Of a DNA stretch of 64,000 nucleotides, positions 52,754-63,727 are shown piece by piece. The stretch lies in assembly GCA_963734995.1 (NCBI GenBank), contig CAVTJD010000007.1, forward strand, positions 339,496 through 403,495, read 5' to 3'. The stretch is from an uncultured Chloroflexia bacterium (GTDB lineage: Bacteria > Chloroflexota > Limnocylindria > Limnocylindrales > CSP1-4). The notes beneath the pieces were generated by a model, which saw only the letters and a program-made list of their open reading frames with translations, did no database searches and was not told where the DNA came from. Both the position numbers and the translations under genes were made by a program. Numbering within the stretch: position 1 is the stretch's first letter; each line of letters starts with the position of its first letter.

Positions 52754-53181
52754 CGGCCCGGGCCGGCGCCATGGATCGTGGTCGCATCGTATGGCTGGCG
52801 GCCGGCGCGCTCGCCGTCGTGGCGGGCACGTTGCTCGGCTGGAACACATCGCTCCTGGACGCGATCGCTGGGCCACCCGCGCTCGTCCGGGCGACGCTCG
52901 TGGCGATCAGCACCCTGGCCGGACTGGCCTTGCTGCGTGAGGCCGTGCGCCGGCTCGCGGCGGGGCGTCGGGTGGCCGCGACCGACATGACGGACCTCGA
53001 CGTCGCGTTGCTGATCCGTGCGGTCCGCCTCGTGTTCCTCTCGGTAGCCGCCTTTGCGGCCGCGGCCGGCTGGCTGCTGGGCCACCCGCTGCCGTTCATC
53101 GTGGCTCTCGTGATCGCCGGTGTGGACATCCTCGAGACGTCGCTGCTGCTGCTGGTGGTGGCGCTTCGCCGCGAGGGCTGA
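52750..53181 (+). CDS. Hypothetical membrane protein (143 aa)
   Basis: Four hydrophobic helices. The GTG start overlaps the mec stop. Confidence 0.5.
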   Translation: MTARAGAMDRGRIVWLAAGALAVVAGTLLGWNTSLLDAIAGPPALVRATLVAISTLAGLALLREAVRRLAAGRRVAATDMTDLDVALLIRAVRLVFLSVAAFAAAAGWLLGHPLPFIVALVIAGVDILETSLLLLVVALRREG

Positions 53182-53305
53182 TCGGCACATTCGGGCCGCA
53201 TCCGCGAACGGGCACCTCCCCCGACCGGGGACCCCGCCACCCCGCTCGGGCCCCCGGACTGGGTCCTGTCCGTGGAACCTGGGGCACCTCGATCATGGGC
53301 GCGTC

Positions 53306-54460
53306 ATGTCCGATCGCATCGTCCCGGTGCTGCCAGCGAGGCTGCAGGGCGCGCACGTGCTGCTGGTCGACGACCAGGAGCTGAACCTACGGGTGCTGCG
53401 CCATGTGCTCGAGCGTGCCGGGCTCGCCGACATCGAGACGACCCAGGATCCGTGGGCGGTCACCGGGCTGGTCTCGAAGCGCACGCCGGACCTCATCGTC
53501 ATCGACCTTCACATGCCCGGCCTCGACGGGTTCGGCGTGATGGACGAGCTCCGGCCGCAGCTCGATGCCGCCGGCTACCTGCCGATCCTGGTCCTGACCG
53601 CGGATGTCACCGACGACGCCCGACGGCGGGCGCTCGAAGGTGGCGCGCGCGACTTCCTGACCAAGCCCATCGATCCGATCGAGGTGATCCTCCGGACGCG
53701 GAACCTGCTCGAGACGCGCCTGCTGTACCAGGAGCTGGAGCGTCAAAACGTCGATCTCGAGGAACGCGTGCAGCAGCGGACGGCCGAGGTCGAGGCCGCC
53801 AACCTCGAGACGCTCGACCGGCTGGCCCGGACAGCCGAGTACCGCGACGACCAGACCGGGCGCCACGTTGAGCGTGTGGGTCGCGTGTCGGCGCTGATCG
53901 CCCGCCAGCTCGGGCTGGACGAGGACGTGGTCCGGCTGCTGCGTCGTGCGGCGCCGCTCCACGACCTGGGCAAGATCGCGATCCCCGACGCGATCCTGCT
54001 GGCGCCGCGCAAGCTCGAGCCGGCTGAGTTCGAGGAGATGAAGACCCACACGACGATCGGCGCCCGGATCCTGTCCGGGAGCCAGTCGACGCTCCTCCAG
54101 CTCGCCGAGCGGATCGCCCTGACGCACCATGAGCGTTGGGACGGCCGCGGCTACCACGGCCTGGCCGCCGACGACATCCCGCTGGCGTCGCGGATCGTCG
54201 GTCTGGCCGACGTGTTCGACGCCCTGACCCACGAGCGGCCGTACAAGTCGGCCTGGCCGGTGGACCTCGCTGTGGCCGAGCTCCGGAGCGGGCGCGGGTC
54301 GCATTTCGATCCCGCGGTGGTCGACGCGTTCATGCAGCTGGTGCCGGAGGACGCGGTCGATCCGGTCGAGTCCGTGCCCGACGTCTCAGGCTGGGGCGAC
54401 CGCACGCCCGAGGAGCCTGCCGGCGCGATCCCGCGCTGGCGCAGCCCGGCCACCGCGTGA
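53306..54460 (+). CDS. Response regulator with an HD-GYP-type phosphodiesterase output domain
   Basis: REC: LLVDDQ…IVIDLHMPGLDG…FLTKP. HD domain: HVERV…PLHDLGKIAIP…HHERWDGRGYHGL (GYP replaced by GYH). Confidence 0.9.
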   Translation: MSDRIVPVLPARLQGAHVLLVDDQELNLRVLRHVLERAGLADIETTQDPWAVTGLVSKRTPDLIVIDLHMPGLDGFGVMDELRPQLDAAGYLPILVLTADVTDDARRRALEGGARDFLTKPIDPIEVILRTRNLLETRLLYQELERQNVDLEERVQQRTAEVEAANLETLDRLARTAEYRDDQTGRHVERVGRVSALIARQLGLDEDVVRLLRRAAPLHDLGKIAIPDAILLAPRKLEPAEFEEMKTHTTIGARILSGSQSTLLQLAERIALTHHERWDGRGYHGLAADDIPLASRIVGLADVFDALTHERPYKSAWPVDLAVAELRSGRGSHFDPAVVDAFMQLVPEDAVDPVESVPDVSGWGDRTPEEPAGAIPRWRSPATA

Positions 54461-54492
54461 TCCGCTGAGGTCGCTCGAGACCTCGGACACGC

Positions 54493-54600
54493 TTCGCCCG
54501 GCAGGGACCCTTCGCCCAGCAGGGACCCTTCGCCCAGCAGGGACCCTTCGCCCAGCAGGGACCCTTCGCCCAGCAGGGACCCTTCGATCAGCGGGGCTGC
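54493..54600. repeat. 18-bp tandem repeat, six copies (TTCGCCCAGCAGGGACCC; four perfect, the first and last divergent)
   Basis: Read directly. It lies in the 161-bp convergent spacer between the stops at 54460 and 54622. Confidence 0.95.
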
Positions 54601-54621
54601 GTCGCGGCCACGTCCGCGCGG

Positions 54622-55464
54622 CTACGTCCGCGCGGCCAGCAGCTCGTCGAACCGGCGCAGGGTCGCCTCCAGCAGCGACCGGAGATTGGCCTCGCCCGGC
54701 GTGTCGCCGCGGTCGTACGCCTGGTGGATCTCGCGGACCCGCTGATCGAGCGCGGCCGCGCCGACGTTGCCGCAGATCCCTTCGAGCGCATGCAGCGCAG
54801 CGCGCAGCCCCTGGCCGTCGCGAGCTGCGATCGCATCCTCGGCCTGGGTCACCCGCTCGGTGGCGTCGGCGAGGAACAGCCGGACGAGGCGCTCGACGAA
54901 CGTCGCATCACCCAGCTCACACAACCGCTCGAACGCCGCCGGATCGACGATCTGGGACCCACCGGCCGCCTTGTCGGGCTCCGTGGCCAGGGCCACCGGC
55001 TGTCTCACGTCGCCGCGCGCGGCCACCGCGATCACCGTCGCTGCCCCGCTGGGCACGGCCGGCAGCCATCGCTCGAGGGCACCGGCAAGCTCCTCGCTGC
55101 GCAACGGCTTGGCGATGTGATCGTCCATGCCCGCGTCCAGCATTCGCTGCTGATCCTCGGGCAGCACGCTGGCCGTCAGCGCGATGATCGGGATCCGGCC
55201 ACCGCCGGCGGCACGCTCGCGCCGGCGGATCTCGCGGGCGGTCGCGGGTCCGTCGAGGCCGGGCATCATGCCGTCGAGCAGCACCAGGTCGCAGGGCTGC
55301 GTGGCGATCAGGTCGAGGGCCCCGTGGCCGCTGTCGGCCGTCGCAACATCGACGTCGTGGCGCGCCAGCATCGACTCGGCGACGCGCCGGCTGGTGGCGT
55401 CGTCGTCGACCACCAGGACACGCCGCCGCCCGCCGCTCGCCTCGATCCCTTCGCGGTCGGTCAT
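54622..55464 (-). CDS. Response regulator receiver domain fused to an Hpt phosphotransfer domain
   Basis: REC: VLVVDDD…[13 protein letters not shown]…IIALTA…HIAKP. Hpt: [20 protein letters not shown]. Confidence 0.85.
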   Translation of the reverse strand: MTDREGIEASGGRRRVLVVDDDATSRRVAESMLARHDVDVATADSGHGALDLIATQPCDLVLLDGMMPGLDGPATAREIRRRERAAGGGRIPIIALTASVLPEDQQRMLDAGMDDHIAKPLRSEELAGALERWLPAVPSGAATVIAVAARGDVRQPVALATEPDKAAGGSQIVDPAAFERLCELGDATFVERLVRLFLADATERVTQAEDAIAARDGQGLRAALHALEGICGNVGAAALDQRVREIHQAYDRGDTPGEANLRSLLEATLRRFDELLAART

Positions 55465-55577
55465 CGCCTCATCCTAGCGACGGCCGCGCGGCCACCCGCG
55501 CCGATCCGGCGCAACCGGGGCCAACGCCGAGGTGGCGTAGGCTGTGCCCTGGATCCTTCCCGCGCCGGAGTGTCGCC

Positions 55578-57995
55578 ATGCCGTCCTCCCAATCGGCCAC
55601 CACCGATCAGCTGACCGCCACGCAGCTGACCGCCAGCCCGCTCGCACCCGATGAGCTGCGCGTCATCGATGCCTACTGGCGGGCGGCCAACTACCTGTCG
55701 GTCGGCCAGATCTACCTGCTCGACAACCCGCTGCTGCACGGTCCGCTGGAGCCGGAGCACGTCAAACCCAGACTGCTCGGTCACTGGGGCACGACGCCCG
55801 GCCTGAACCTCATCTACGCGCATATGAACCGCGTGATCCGGAGCTGGGACCTCAACGCCATCTACATCATCGGCCCCGGGCACGGGGGACCGGCGATCGT
55901 CGCCAACGCGTACCTCGAGGGGACCTACAGCGAGATCTACCCCAGCATCACCCGCGACGAGGAGGGGATGCGCAGGTTGTTCCGACAGTTCTCGTTCCCG
56001 GGTGGCATTCCCAGCCACGTCGCGCCCGAGACGCCGGGCTCGATCCACGAGGGCGGCGAGCTGGGCTACGCGCTCTCGCACGCGTACGGCGCGGCGTTCG
56101 ACAACCCGGATCTCGTGGTGTGCGCGGTGGTGGGCGATGGCGAGGCGGAGACCGGGCCATTGGCGACCAGCTGGCACTCCAACAAGTTCATCGACCCGGT
56201 GCGCGATGGGGCGGTGCTCCCGATCCTGCACCTCAACGGCTACAAGATCGCCAGCGCGACGGTGCTCGCCCGGATCCCGCGCGCGGAGCTGACCGCGCTG
56301 ATGGAGGGATACGGACACCATCCGTACTTCGTCGAGGGGGATGATCCGGCGGTCGTTCACCAGCAGCTGGCGGCCACGATGGACGCCGTGGTGGCCGAGA
56401 TCCAGTCGATCCAGAAGGCCGCCCGCGAGGGCGGCGCCACCGAGCGACCGCGGTGGCCGATGATCGTGCTCCGGACGCCCAAGGGCTGGACCGGTCCCAA
56501 GGAGGTCGATGGGCTGCCGGTCGAGGGGACCTGGCGGGCGCACCAGGTGCCGATGGCCGAGGTGCGGACCAACGCCGGGCATCGCGCGATCCTCGAGGCC
56601 TGGATGCGCAGCTACCGGCCCCAGGAGCTGTTCGACGAGCACGGCACGCTCGTGCCGGAGCTCGCCGATCTCCCACCCCGGGCATACCGGCGGATGAGCG
56701 CCAACCCAATCGCCAATGGCGGCGAGCTGCTGCGCGACCTCGTGCTGCCCGACTTCCGCGACTACGCGGTCGACGTGCCCGCGCCCGGCGCCACCACGTC
56801 GGAGGCGACACGGGTGATGGGCGCATTCGTGCGTGACGTGGTGGCCGCCAACATGTCCACCTTCCGCGTGTTCGGGCCCGACGAGACCGTGTCCAACCGG
56901 CTGGGCGCCGTGCTCGAGGCTACCGATCGGGCGTGGATGGCCGAGACGCTCCCCGGCGACGACCACCTGGCACCCGATGGCCGGGTCATGGAGATGCTCT
57001 CGGAGCATCAATGCCAGGGCTGGCTCGAGGGCTACCTGCTGACCGGCCGCCACGGTCTGTTCAACTGCTACGAGGCGTTCATCCACATCATCGACTCGAT
57101 GTTCAACCAGCACGCCAAGTGGCTCAAGGTGACCCGCGACCTGCCATGGCGTCGCCCGATCGCGTCGCTCAACTACCTCCTGAGCTCGCTCGTCTGGCGC
57201 CAGGACCACAACGGGTTCAGCCATCAGGATCCGGGCTTCATCGATCACGTGGTCAACAAGAAGTCCGACGTGATCCGGATCTACCTGCCGCCCGACGCCA
57301 ACACGCTCCTCTCGACCGCCGACCACTGCCTCCGCAGCCGTCACTACGTCAACGTGATCGTCGCCGGGAAGCAGCCCGCACCCAACTGGCTGTCGATGGA
57401 CGAGGCGATCCTCCACTGCACCCGCGGGATCGGGATCTGGGACTGGGCGAGCAGCGACCGCGACGGGGAGCCGGACGTCGTGCTCGCGTGCGCCGGCGAT
57501 ATCCCGACGCTCGAGGCGCTGGCCGCAGCCGACCTGATCCGGCAGCACCTGCCAGACCTGCGCGTACGGTTCATCAACGTCGTCGACCTGATGCGGCTGC
57601 AGGACGAGAAGGAGCATCCGCACGGGCTGTCGGATGCCGAGTTCGACGCCCTGTTCACGACCGACAGGCCGGTTGTCTTTGCCTTCCATGGCTATCCGTG
57701 GCTGATCCATCGCCTGACGTATCGGCGGACCAACCACGCCAACATGCACGTCCGCGGCTACAAGGAGGAAGGGACCACCACCACGCCGTTCGACATGGTG
57801 ATGCTCAACGACCTGGACCGCTACCACCTGGTGATCGACGTGATCGACCGGGTGCCCGGGCTGGGACCGAAGGCCGCCCATGTGCGTCAGCTGATGGTCG
57901 ACAAGCGGCTCCAGGCCCGCGCCTACACGCGGCTCGAGGGCGAGGACGCGCCCGAGGTGGCCGGCTGGGCCTGGAATCCACGGGCGGATGGGTAG
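55578..57995 (+). CDS. xfp: Xylulose-5-phosphate/fructose-6-phosphate phosphoketolase
   Basis: [51 protein letters not shown]…[17 protein letters not shown]; 805 aa. Confidence 0.95.
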   Translation: MPSSQSATTDQLTATQLTASPLAPDELRVIDAYWRAANYLSVGQIYLLDNPLLHGPLEPEHVKPRLLGHWGTTPGLNLIYAHMNRVIRSWDLNAIYIIGPGHGGPAIVANAYLEGTYSEIYPSITRDEEGMRRLFRQFSFPGGIPSHVAPETPGSIHEGGELGYALSHAYGAAFDNPDLVVCAVVGDGEAETGPLATSWHSNKFIDPVRDGAVLPILHLNGYKIASATVLARIPRAELTALMEGYGHHPYFVEGDDPAVVHQQLAATMDAVVAEIQSIQKAAREGGATERPRWPMIVLRTPKGWTGPKEVDGLPVEGTWRAHQVPMAEVRTNAGHRAILEAWMRSYRPQELFDEHGTLVPELADLPPRAYRRMSANPIANGGELLRDLVLPDFRDYAVDVPAPGATTSEATRVMGAFVRDVVAANMSTFRVFGPDETVSNRLGAVLEATDRAWMAETLPGDDHLAPDGRVMEMLSEHQCQGWLEGYLLTGRHGLFNCYEAFIHIIDSMFNQHAKWLKVTRDLPWRRPIASLNYLLSSLVWRQDHNGFSHQDPGFIDHVVNKKSDVIRIYLPPDANTLLSTADHCLRSRHYVNVIVAGKQPAPNWLSMDEAILHCTRGIGIWDWASSDRDGEPDVVLACAGDIPTLEALAAADLIRQHLPDLRVRFINVVDLMRLQDEKEHPHGLSDAEFDALFTTDRPVVFAFHGYPWLIHRLTYRRTNHANMHVRGYKEEGTTTTPFDMVMLNDLDRYHLVIDVIDRVPGLGPKAAHVRQLMVDKRLQARAYTRLEGEDAPEVAGWAWNPRADG

Positions 57996-59142
57996 CGGGG
58001 ACGCGGCCCCGGGCTCCGGCGGATCCCGAACAGGCACGATCCTGGTCGTCAATGCCGGGTCGAGCTCGCTCAAGCTGCGCGTCCTCGATGCGTCCGACGA
58101 GGTGGTCGGGTCGGCCGACCTGGGTGCGGTGCGCAACGCCGCGGACACAGCCGAGGTTGCGGGCGCGGTCGAGGGGTTCGGCTCGATCGACGCGATCGGG
58201 CATCGGATCGTCCATGGCGGCACGTCGTTTCGCGGGCCTGTGCGCGTCGATGCCGGAGTCATCGAGCGGCTCACCGCGCTGACCGATCTCGCGCCGCTCC
58301 ACCAGCCGAAGTCGCTGGCCGCCCTGGGGGCGGTGAGCTCGGTGCTCCCCGGGATACCGGCAGTCGCCTGCTTCGACACCGCGTTCCACGCAACCCTGCC
58401 CCCGGCGGCCTCGACCTACGCCCTCCCATCTCCGTGGCGCCGGCGCTGGGACCTGCGTCGCTACGGGTTCCACGGCCTGTCGCATGCCTACGCGTCCCGC
58501 CGCGCCGCGGAGCTGCTGGGTGTCCCGCCGCGCGACCTGCGGCTGGTCACCTGCCATCTGGGGGCCGGCGCGTCGCTGGCCGCGGTGGCCGGCGGTGCGT
58601 CGGTGGACACGACGATGGGCTTCACGCCGCTCGAAGGGCTGGTGATGGCGACCCGCTCGGGGACGGTTGATCCCGGTCTGGTGCTGTGGCTCGCGGATCA
58701 CGTGGGCATGCCGCCGGCCGAGGTCGCCGCCACGCTCGAGCACCGCTCGGGGTTGCTGGGCCTGGCCGGGACGGCCGACATGCGCGTGATCCTCGACCGT
58801 GCCGCGAGCGGTGACGCGGACGCCACGCTGGCGCTGGGTGTCTACCTCCACCGGCTGCGCGCCTCCATCGCGGCGATGACCGCAGCGCTCGGCGGCCTCG
58901 ACGCGATCGTGTTCACCGGTGGCGTCGGCGAGCGGTCGGCGGCGATCCGCGCGGCGGCCGCGGACGGACTCGGGTATCTCGGGATCGAGCTCGATCAGGC
59001 ACGGAACGAGGACGCCGGTGCGACCGGCGACCGCGAGATCGGGACTGCGGGTGCCCGCGTCCGATCGCTGGTCATCGCGGCCCGCGAGGATCTCCAGATC
59101 GCGCGCGAGGTGCGTGGCCTGCTGGACGACAGCGGCAACTGA
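57988..59142 (+). CDS. ackA: Acetate kinase
   Basis: [53 protein letters not shown]. It overlaps the xfp stop. Confidence 0.9.
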   Translation: MGSGDAAPGSGGSRTGTILVVNAGSSSLKLRVLDASDEVVGSADLGAVRNAADTAEVAGAVEGFGSIDAIGHRIVHGGTSFRGPVRVDAGVIERLTALTDLAPLHQPKSLAALGAVSSVLPGIPAVACFDTAFHATLPPAASTYALPSPWRRRWDLRRYGFHGLSHAYASRRAAELLGVPPRDLRLVTCHLGAGASLAAVAGGASVDTTMGFTPLEGLVMATRSGTVDPGLVLWLADHVGMPPAEVAATLEHRSGLLGLAGTADMRVILDRAASGDADATLALGVYLHRLRASIAAMTAALGGLDAIVFTGGVGERSAAIRAAAADGLGYLGIELDQARNEDAGATGDREIGTAGARVRSLVIAAREDLQIAREVRGLLDDSGN

Positions 59143-59282
59143 CCGGACGAGTGCCGGCGGCCGGTACCGGCGTCCCGGCGGCGGCCTCGGCTCAGGCGGC
59201 CCCGCGGCGGCTGAGGCGGCCCCGCGGCGGCCTGCGGCGGCTCAGCGGCTCAGACGACTCAGGCTTGCGGGGCCCGCGATGG

Positions 59283-60209
59283 TCAGCGGGGGTCGCGCGT
59301 GATGAGCACCGAGCACGGCGCGTGGACGAGCACGTTGCGCGCGACGCTGCCCAGCAGCAGGCGGGCGATGCCCGTGTGCCCGCGCGTGCCCATCACGATC
59401 GTGCCGGTTCCCCGTTCCGTGGCAAACCGCAGCAGCTCCGCGGCCGGGTCGCCCTCCATCACCACCGGGTCCGACACGAGCCCCGCAGCCGCCAGACGCC
59501 CGGCCGCCGTGCCTGCCTCGGCGCGAACCTCCTCGCGGGCCTCGTCGACCGATCGCGTGTAGGACTCGAGCACCTGGTCGTACAGGCCGGGCGTGAACCC
59601 GGCCGCCACCGGGACCGCGACCTCGGCCACCGTCACCACGCTCACCCGGTGGCCCTCGAAGATCGGCCACGCTGCGAGGATCCGCTCCGCGCTGCGAGCC
59701 GGGCTCGACCCGTCGTCGGCGAAGACGATCGGACCGAGCTCGCTCGACCGGGCGACCAGCACCGGACACGGGGCGTGATCGACGACCTCGCCGGCCGTGC
59801 TGCCCAGGAGCATCGTTGCGATCGTGCCGTGACCCCGGCTGCCCAGCACGATCAGATCGGCCTCGATGGCGGTGGCCTCGTCGACGATTGCGCTGGCCGG
59901 GCGCCCGCGGAGCAGGAACCCTTCGATCTCGAGACCCGGTCGTGCCAGCGAGCGCTCGGCTCGTTCGATGGCCTCTCGGCGCTGGCGGGCGTCCGCCTCA
60001 TCCGCGGTCTCGATGGCCTCGGCACCTTCGCCCCCGCTCGTCCATGCCACCGAGAGGGCATCGAGGTAGGTGGGATGGACGCCGACGACCCGGATCGACG
60101 AATCCGCAGGCAGGGCGAAGGTGGAGACCAGCTCCGTGGCGCGATCGCTCGAGACGGAGCCGTCGACAGCGAGCAGGATGCGCATCGGTGCACCTCCGAT
60201 CACCGTCAT
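59283..60209 (-). CDS. Universal stress protein with tandem UspA domains
   Basis: Two copies of the pattern …ILLAVDGS…, …LIVLGSRGHG…GSTAGEVVDHAPCPVLV and …IVMGTRGHTG…GSVARNVLVHAPCSVLI. Confidence 0.85.
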   Translation of the reverse strand: MTVIGGAPMRILLAVDGSVSSDRATELVSTFALPADSSIRVVGVHPTYLDALSVAWTSGGEGAEAIETADEADARQRREAIERAERSLARPGLEIEGFLLRGRPASAIVDEATAIEADLIVLGSRGHGTIATMLLGSTAGEVVDHAPCPVLVARSSELGPIVFADDGSSPARSAERILAAWPIFEGHRVSVVTVAEVAVPVAAGFTPGLYDQVLESYTRSVDEAREEVRAEAGTAAGRLAAAGLVSDPVVMEGDPAAELLRFATERGTGTIVMGTRGHTGIARLLLGSVARNVLVHAPCSVLITRDPR

Positions 60210-60315
60210 CGTCGATCCGCGCGCCGCCGGGAGGATCGGCCGAACGTCCCGATCGGGTCAGCCGTTGCGCCCGGGATCGGGCAGGTGTCCGCCGATGACC
60301 CGGTCCTGATCGGCG

Positions 60316-61383
60316 TCAGGAGCCCGACCGTGTCTCCGCCAGTGCCCCCACGCGTTCCACGATCCGTGCGAGGAGCACCGCACCGTCCAGGTCCTCGACG
60401 ATGTCGGCGTTGGGCTTCCGGCCCGTCGGGTTTCGCAGCGCCTCGTACGTCCGGCCGTCGTCGGCACCTCCGCCCGCATCGACCTCGACCACCGCCGGTC
60501 GCATCCGGACCAGCGACGGCTCGAGCGCGGCGGCGACCACCAGCGGGTCGTGGACGAAGGCGCCGTAGAAGCCGTCGTAGCGAGCGTGGAACTCGAAGTA
60601 GAAGCGGAGCGCGTCCGAGAGGGCCCGGATCACCGGGTTGCTCGCGACGGATCGACGCTCGGGGGAGCCCGGTGGCCGGCCCGGATCGAGCGAGTCGTCG
60701 GGTCGGCTGCCGGCCCGACGCGCGAGCGCGACGACATGATCGGTCGTGAGCCGGACGCGCTGGGTGGCGTCCAGGCCCATGATGCGTGCCCGCGGCGTGG
60801 CCGAGTCCGCGCCCGCCGCCTCCTGCCAGGCGGCCAGCACGATCCGCGCCGCCTCGGGATCGCAGTGGATGTTCCACTCGCTGGCCGGGGTGGTGTTGCC
60901 CGGCACGCCGAAGGCGCCGCCCATGCACCACCAGCGCCGCAGCAGCCGCGGGAGGCGCGGTTCGGCGAGGACGGCGATCGCGAGGTTGGTCAGCGGGCCG
61001 AGCGTGACCAGCGTCAGCTCACCCGGCCGGCGACGCGCCTCGTCGACGAGGAGCTCGGGCGCGAAGCGTGCCGACAGCGCGGCGGACGGTTCCGGCAGCT
61101 CCGCGTACCCGAGCCCGTGCGGGCCATGCGTCTCGGGCGTGATCTCGAGCGGCCGCAGGAGCGGCTCGGGTCGTCCGGCGGCCACCTCGACGTCGGTGCG
61201 TCCGGCGAGCTCGAGCACGGCCCGCGTGTTGCGTGCCGTGTCGTCGAGCGTGGCATTGCCGGAGCTGCAGGTGACCGCGACGAGCTCCGCCTCCGGGCTG
61301 CCGCAGGCGTACAGCAGGGCGAGCGCGTCGTCGATGCCGGTGTCGACATCGAGGATCAGCGGAACCGCGTCGCGTGGCTGCAC
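60316..61383 (-). CDS. Nucleoside hydrolase (IUNH family)
   Basis: LILDVDTGIDDALALLYA (DxDxxxDD), GPLTNLA, EWNIHCDPEAA. Confidence 0.9.
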   Translation of the reverse strand: MQPRDAVPLILDVDTGIDDALALLYACGSPEAELVAVTCSSGNATLDDTARNTRAVLELAGRTDVEVAAGRPEPLLRPLEITPETHGPHGLGYAELPEPSAALSARFAPELLVDEARRRPGELTLVTLGPLTNLAIAVLAEPRLPRLLRRWWCMGGAFGVPGNTTPASEWNIHCDPEAARIVLAAWQEAAGADSATPRARIMGLDATQRVRLTTDHVVALARRAGSRPDDSLDPGRPPGSPERRSVASNPVIRALSDALRFYFEFHARYDGFYGAFVHDPLVVAAALEPSLVRMRPAVVEVDAGGGADDGRTYEALRNPTGRKPNADIVEDLDGAVLLARIVERVGALAETRSGS

Positions 61384-61410
61384 GAGGGCGATCGTACCGT
61401 CGCGGTGCTG

Positions 61411-61950
61411 TCAGTTGCCGGTGAGCCAGTGCCACACCTGGTGGATCGCCTCGAGCGCCGTGATGTTGTCGAACAGGCGGGCGTAGTGGAGCGCCCACTC
61501 CTGGACCTCCTTGACCGCGAGCAGGCCGCCCAGCGTCACGACCAGCGAGGGTCTCGTCCAGGGGACCGGGTCCCAGCGGTGGTGGAGCAGGGCCACCAGC
61601 AGGAACCATGGCTCGAACACGTTGGGGAACACCAGCAGCAGCGCACGCTCGCCGGAGAGCTCGAACGCGGCGAACCCCAGCATCCGCCACGCGAACAGGA
61701 CCACGCTCACCCAGCGGTCGGGACCGGTCCAGCGCAGCGCGACGACGAGGAAGGTGGTCATGTAGACGAGGTCCAGCAGCTTGTCCAGGCGCTGGTAGTC
61801 GGGCACGCCGCCGAGATCGAGAACGTTGATCAGCAGCAGGTCCGAGAGGTCGACCAGGATGGCCAGGATCCCGCCCGCCAGCGGCCAGCGGAGGACCGGC
61901 AGCGAGCCCGCGATGCGGACGATCGCGACGACGATGATCTCGGCGGTCAT
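61411..61950 (-). CDS. Hypothetical membrane protein (179 aa)
   Basis: Five hydrophobic segments; no family recognised. Confidence 0.55.
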   Translation of the reverse strand: MTAEIIVVAIVRIAGSLPVLRWPLAGGILAILVDLSDLLLINVLDLGGVPDYQRLDKLLDLVYMTTFLVVALRWTGPDRWVSVVLFAWRMLGFAAFELSGERALLLVFPNVFEPWFLLVALLHHRWDPVPWTRPSLVVTLGGLLAVKEVQEWALHYARLFDNITALEAIHQVWHWLTGN

Positions 61951-62003
61951 CGGTCTGCCGTCATCGCCGTCCCGCCCGCCTCACACCCCCAACGCCCGAC
62001 CGA

Positions 62004-63701
62004 TCAGCCGACGGTGGCCATCACCGCCCGGTCGGCGAGTCCCAGCGGCAGCGAGCCCGAGGACGTGATCGCATCGTGGAACTCGCGCAGCACCGCCACC
62101 GGCAGCTCGGCGGGGGCCACCCCGGCAAACCCGCGCGCGGCCAGATACCGATCGCGAATGGCGAGGATCTCGAGGCAGCCGGTCAGGTACGACGATGCCT
62201 GGGTGGGCCACCAGCAGTAGCGCCCGACCTCGACCGTGGCCACGGACTCGGGCATCGCGGCGCGATCGCGCATGAACTCGACCGCCTCATCGAACGACAT
62301 CTCGCCCAGGTGAAGCGAGGTGTCGACGATGATCCGGGCCGCCCGGAACAGGCTGGCGTTGAGGTGGTGCAGCTCGTGGATCGGCTGCTCGAAGAACCCG
62401 CGCTCGCGCATCGCGCGTTCCGCGTACAGCGCCCAGCCCTCACTGAAATAGGGCGTCGAGTACACGCGCCGCACATCGACCGGGTTGCCCTTGCGCATGA
62501 CCAGGTGCCAGTGGTGGCCCGGGTACGTCTCGTGGACGGTGGTGGTCGGGATCGAGCCGTAGGAGTTGCTGGCCAGGCGTGCCTGGAGCTCGGCCTCGGA
62601 CGCGCCATCGGGTGCGAACGGGACGAAGAAGTGACCCTTCCAGCGATCCGAGAACGACGGTGGCGCGACATACGAGGCGACGCCGACCACGGGCCGCTGG
62701 AACACGGGTGACGGGACCACGGCGCACGTCTCGCCGGGCGGCAGCGTGACCAGGCCGGTGTCGGCCAGGAAGGCGCGCGCCCTGGCGGTCCAGTCCGTGT
62801 AGGTATCGAGCATCGCCTGCTCGGTGGGCGGGTGATGCTCGTCGTCCTCCCGCAGGACGTCGACATAGTCGGGGCTTCCGGTCGCCTCACGCGCAAGCGC
62901 GCTCATCTCCGTATCGAGCCGCTCCAGCTCCGCCCAGCCGCGGTCGCGCAGCGAGCGCGCGTCGTCGGTCAGGACCTCGCGCTCGCGCAGGATGCGGGTG
63001 TACCGCTCCTCGCCCAGCTGCCAGCTCCCATGGGCTCGCGCCTTGAGGTCGTCGAGATGCGCGACCCAGCGCTCGAGGTGCCCGGCCGCCGCGTCACCCG
63101 CGGATTGGAGCCGCTCGCGGTCACGCTCGTCCTCGACGTCGAGCCACACGAGGTCGCGCACGTAACGAATGGCGCCCCTGGCGGCCTGCCGGCCGCGCTC
63201 GACGATCAGCGGATGGGCGAGCTCGGCATCGAGGTTCGCGATCCCGGCATCGATCGTCGCCCCCGCCTGCTCGAGTCTGGCCACGGCTGCATCGACCAGG
63301 TCCGCCTCCGGGCGCAGGCGGTGCAGGAACAGCGTGAACAGGCCGCTCGTGATCGGGCCCGAGTAGACCACCGGATCGCGCTTCCAGGGCTCGAACGGGG
63401 CCATGATCAGGCGCCCCCGGAGCGTGGAGCGGGCGAGGTCGCGGTCGATCTCCTGATCGGCGGTCAGGGCGTCGCGGTCGAGCGCATCGAGCCGCGCCAG
63501 GAACGAACCGGCATCCTCGTCGCGGGCACGGAACGCATCGGCGGACAGGTCATCGAGCCGCTCGTCGAACTCGGTCAGGCCCAGGCCGCTGGCCGCGACG
63601 GGCGAGGCCTCGAAGTCGGCCCGGAGCAGCTCGTCGAGGAGCTGCTGGAGGGTTTCGGCGGTGGAGTCGGTTCCGGCGGAGTCGGTGTCGGTGGCGGGCA
63701 T
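62004..63701 (-). CDS. DUF885-family protein
   Basis: VHETYPGHHWHL, YFSEGWALYAE, RYCWWPTQASSYLTG. The ATG at 63701 is preceded by GGAGGC; the longer ORF runs to 63806. Confidence 0.85.
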   Translation of the reverse strand: MPATDTDSAGTDSTAETLQQLLDELLRADFEASPVAASGLGLTEFDERLDDLSADAFRARDEDAGSFLARLDALDRDALTADQEIDRDLARSTLRGRLIMAPFEPWKRDPVVYSGPITSGLFTLFLHRLRPEADLVDAAVARLEQAGATIDAGIANLDAELAHPLIVERGRQAARGAIRYVRDLVWLDVEDERDRERLQSAGDAAAGHLERWVAHLDDLKARAHGSWQLGEERYTRILREREVLTDDARSLRDRGWAELERLDTEMSALAREATGSPDYVDVLREDDEHHPPTEQAMLDTYTDWTARARAFLADTGLVTLPPGETCAVVPSPVFQRPVVGVASYVAPPSFSDRWKGHFFVPFAPDGASEAELQARLASNSYGSIPTTTVHETYPGHHWHLVMRKGNPVDVRRVYSTPYFSEGWALYAERAMRERGFFEQPIHELHHLNASLFRAARIIVDTSLHLGEMSFDEAVEFMRDRAAMPESVATVEVGRYCWWPTQASSYLTGCLEILAIRDRYLAARGFAGVAPAELPVAVLREFHDAITSSGSLPLGLADRAVMATVG

Positions 63702-63727
63702 GCGGCCTCCGGGTGGGTCGATATCGA

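Noticed and set aside
54493-54600. Considered as a CRISPR array.
   Set aside because: The repeats are directly adjacent with no spacers, the unit is only 18 bp, and there are no cas genes in the window. It is a minisatellite.
55461-58379. 972-aa ORF antisense to xfp/ackA.
   Set aside because: Shadow ORF of high-GC coding sequence. The sense strand encodes textbook phosphoketolase and acetate kinase.
59193-59275. Direct repeat AGGCGGCCCCGCGGCGGC x2, plus GGCCCCGC/GCGGGGCC complementarity, after ackA.
   Set aside because: Most simply explained as GC-rich terminator hairpins in a convergent spacer. Nothing further distinguishes it.
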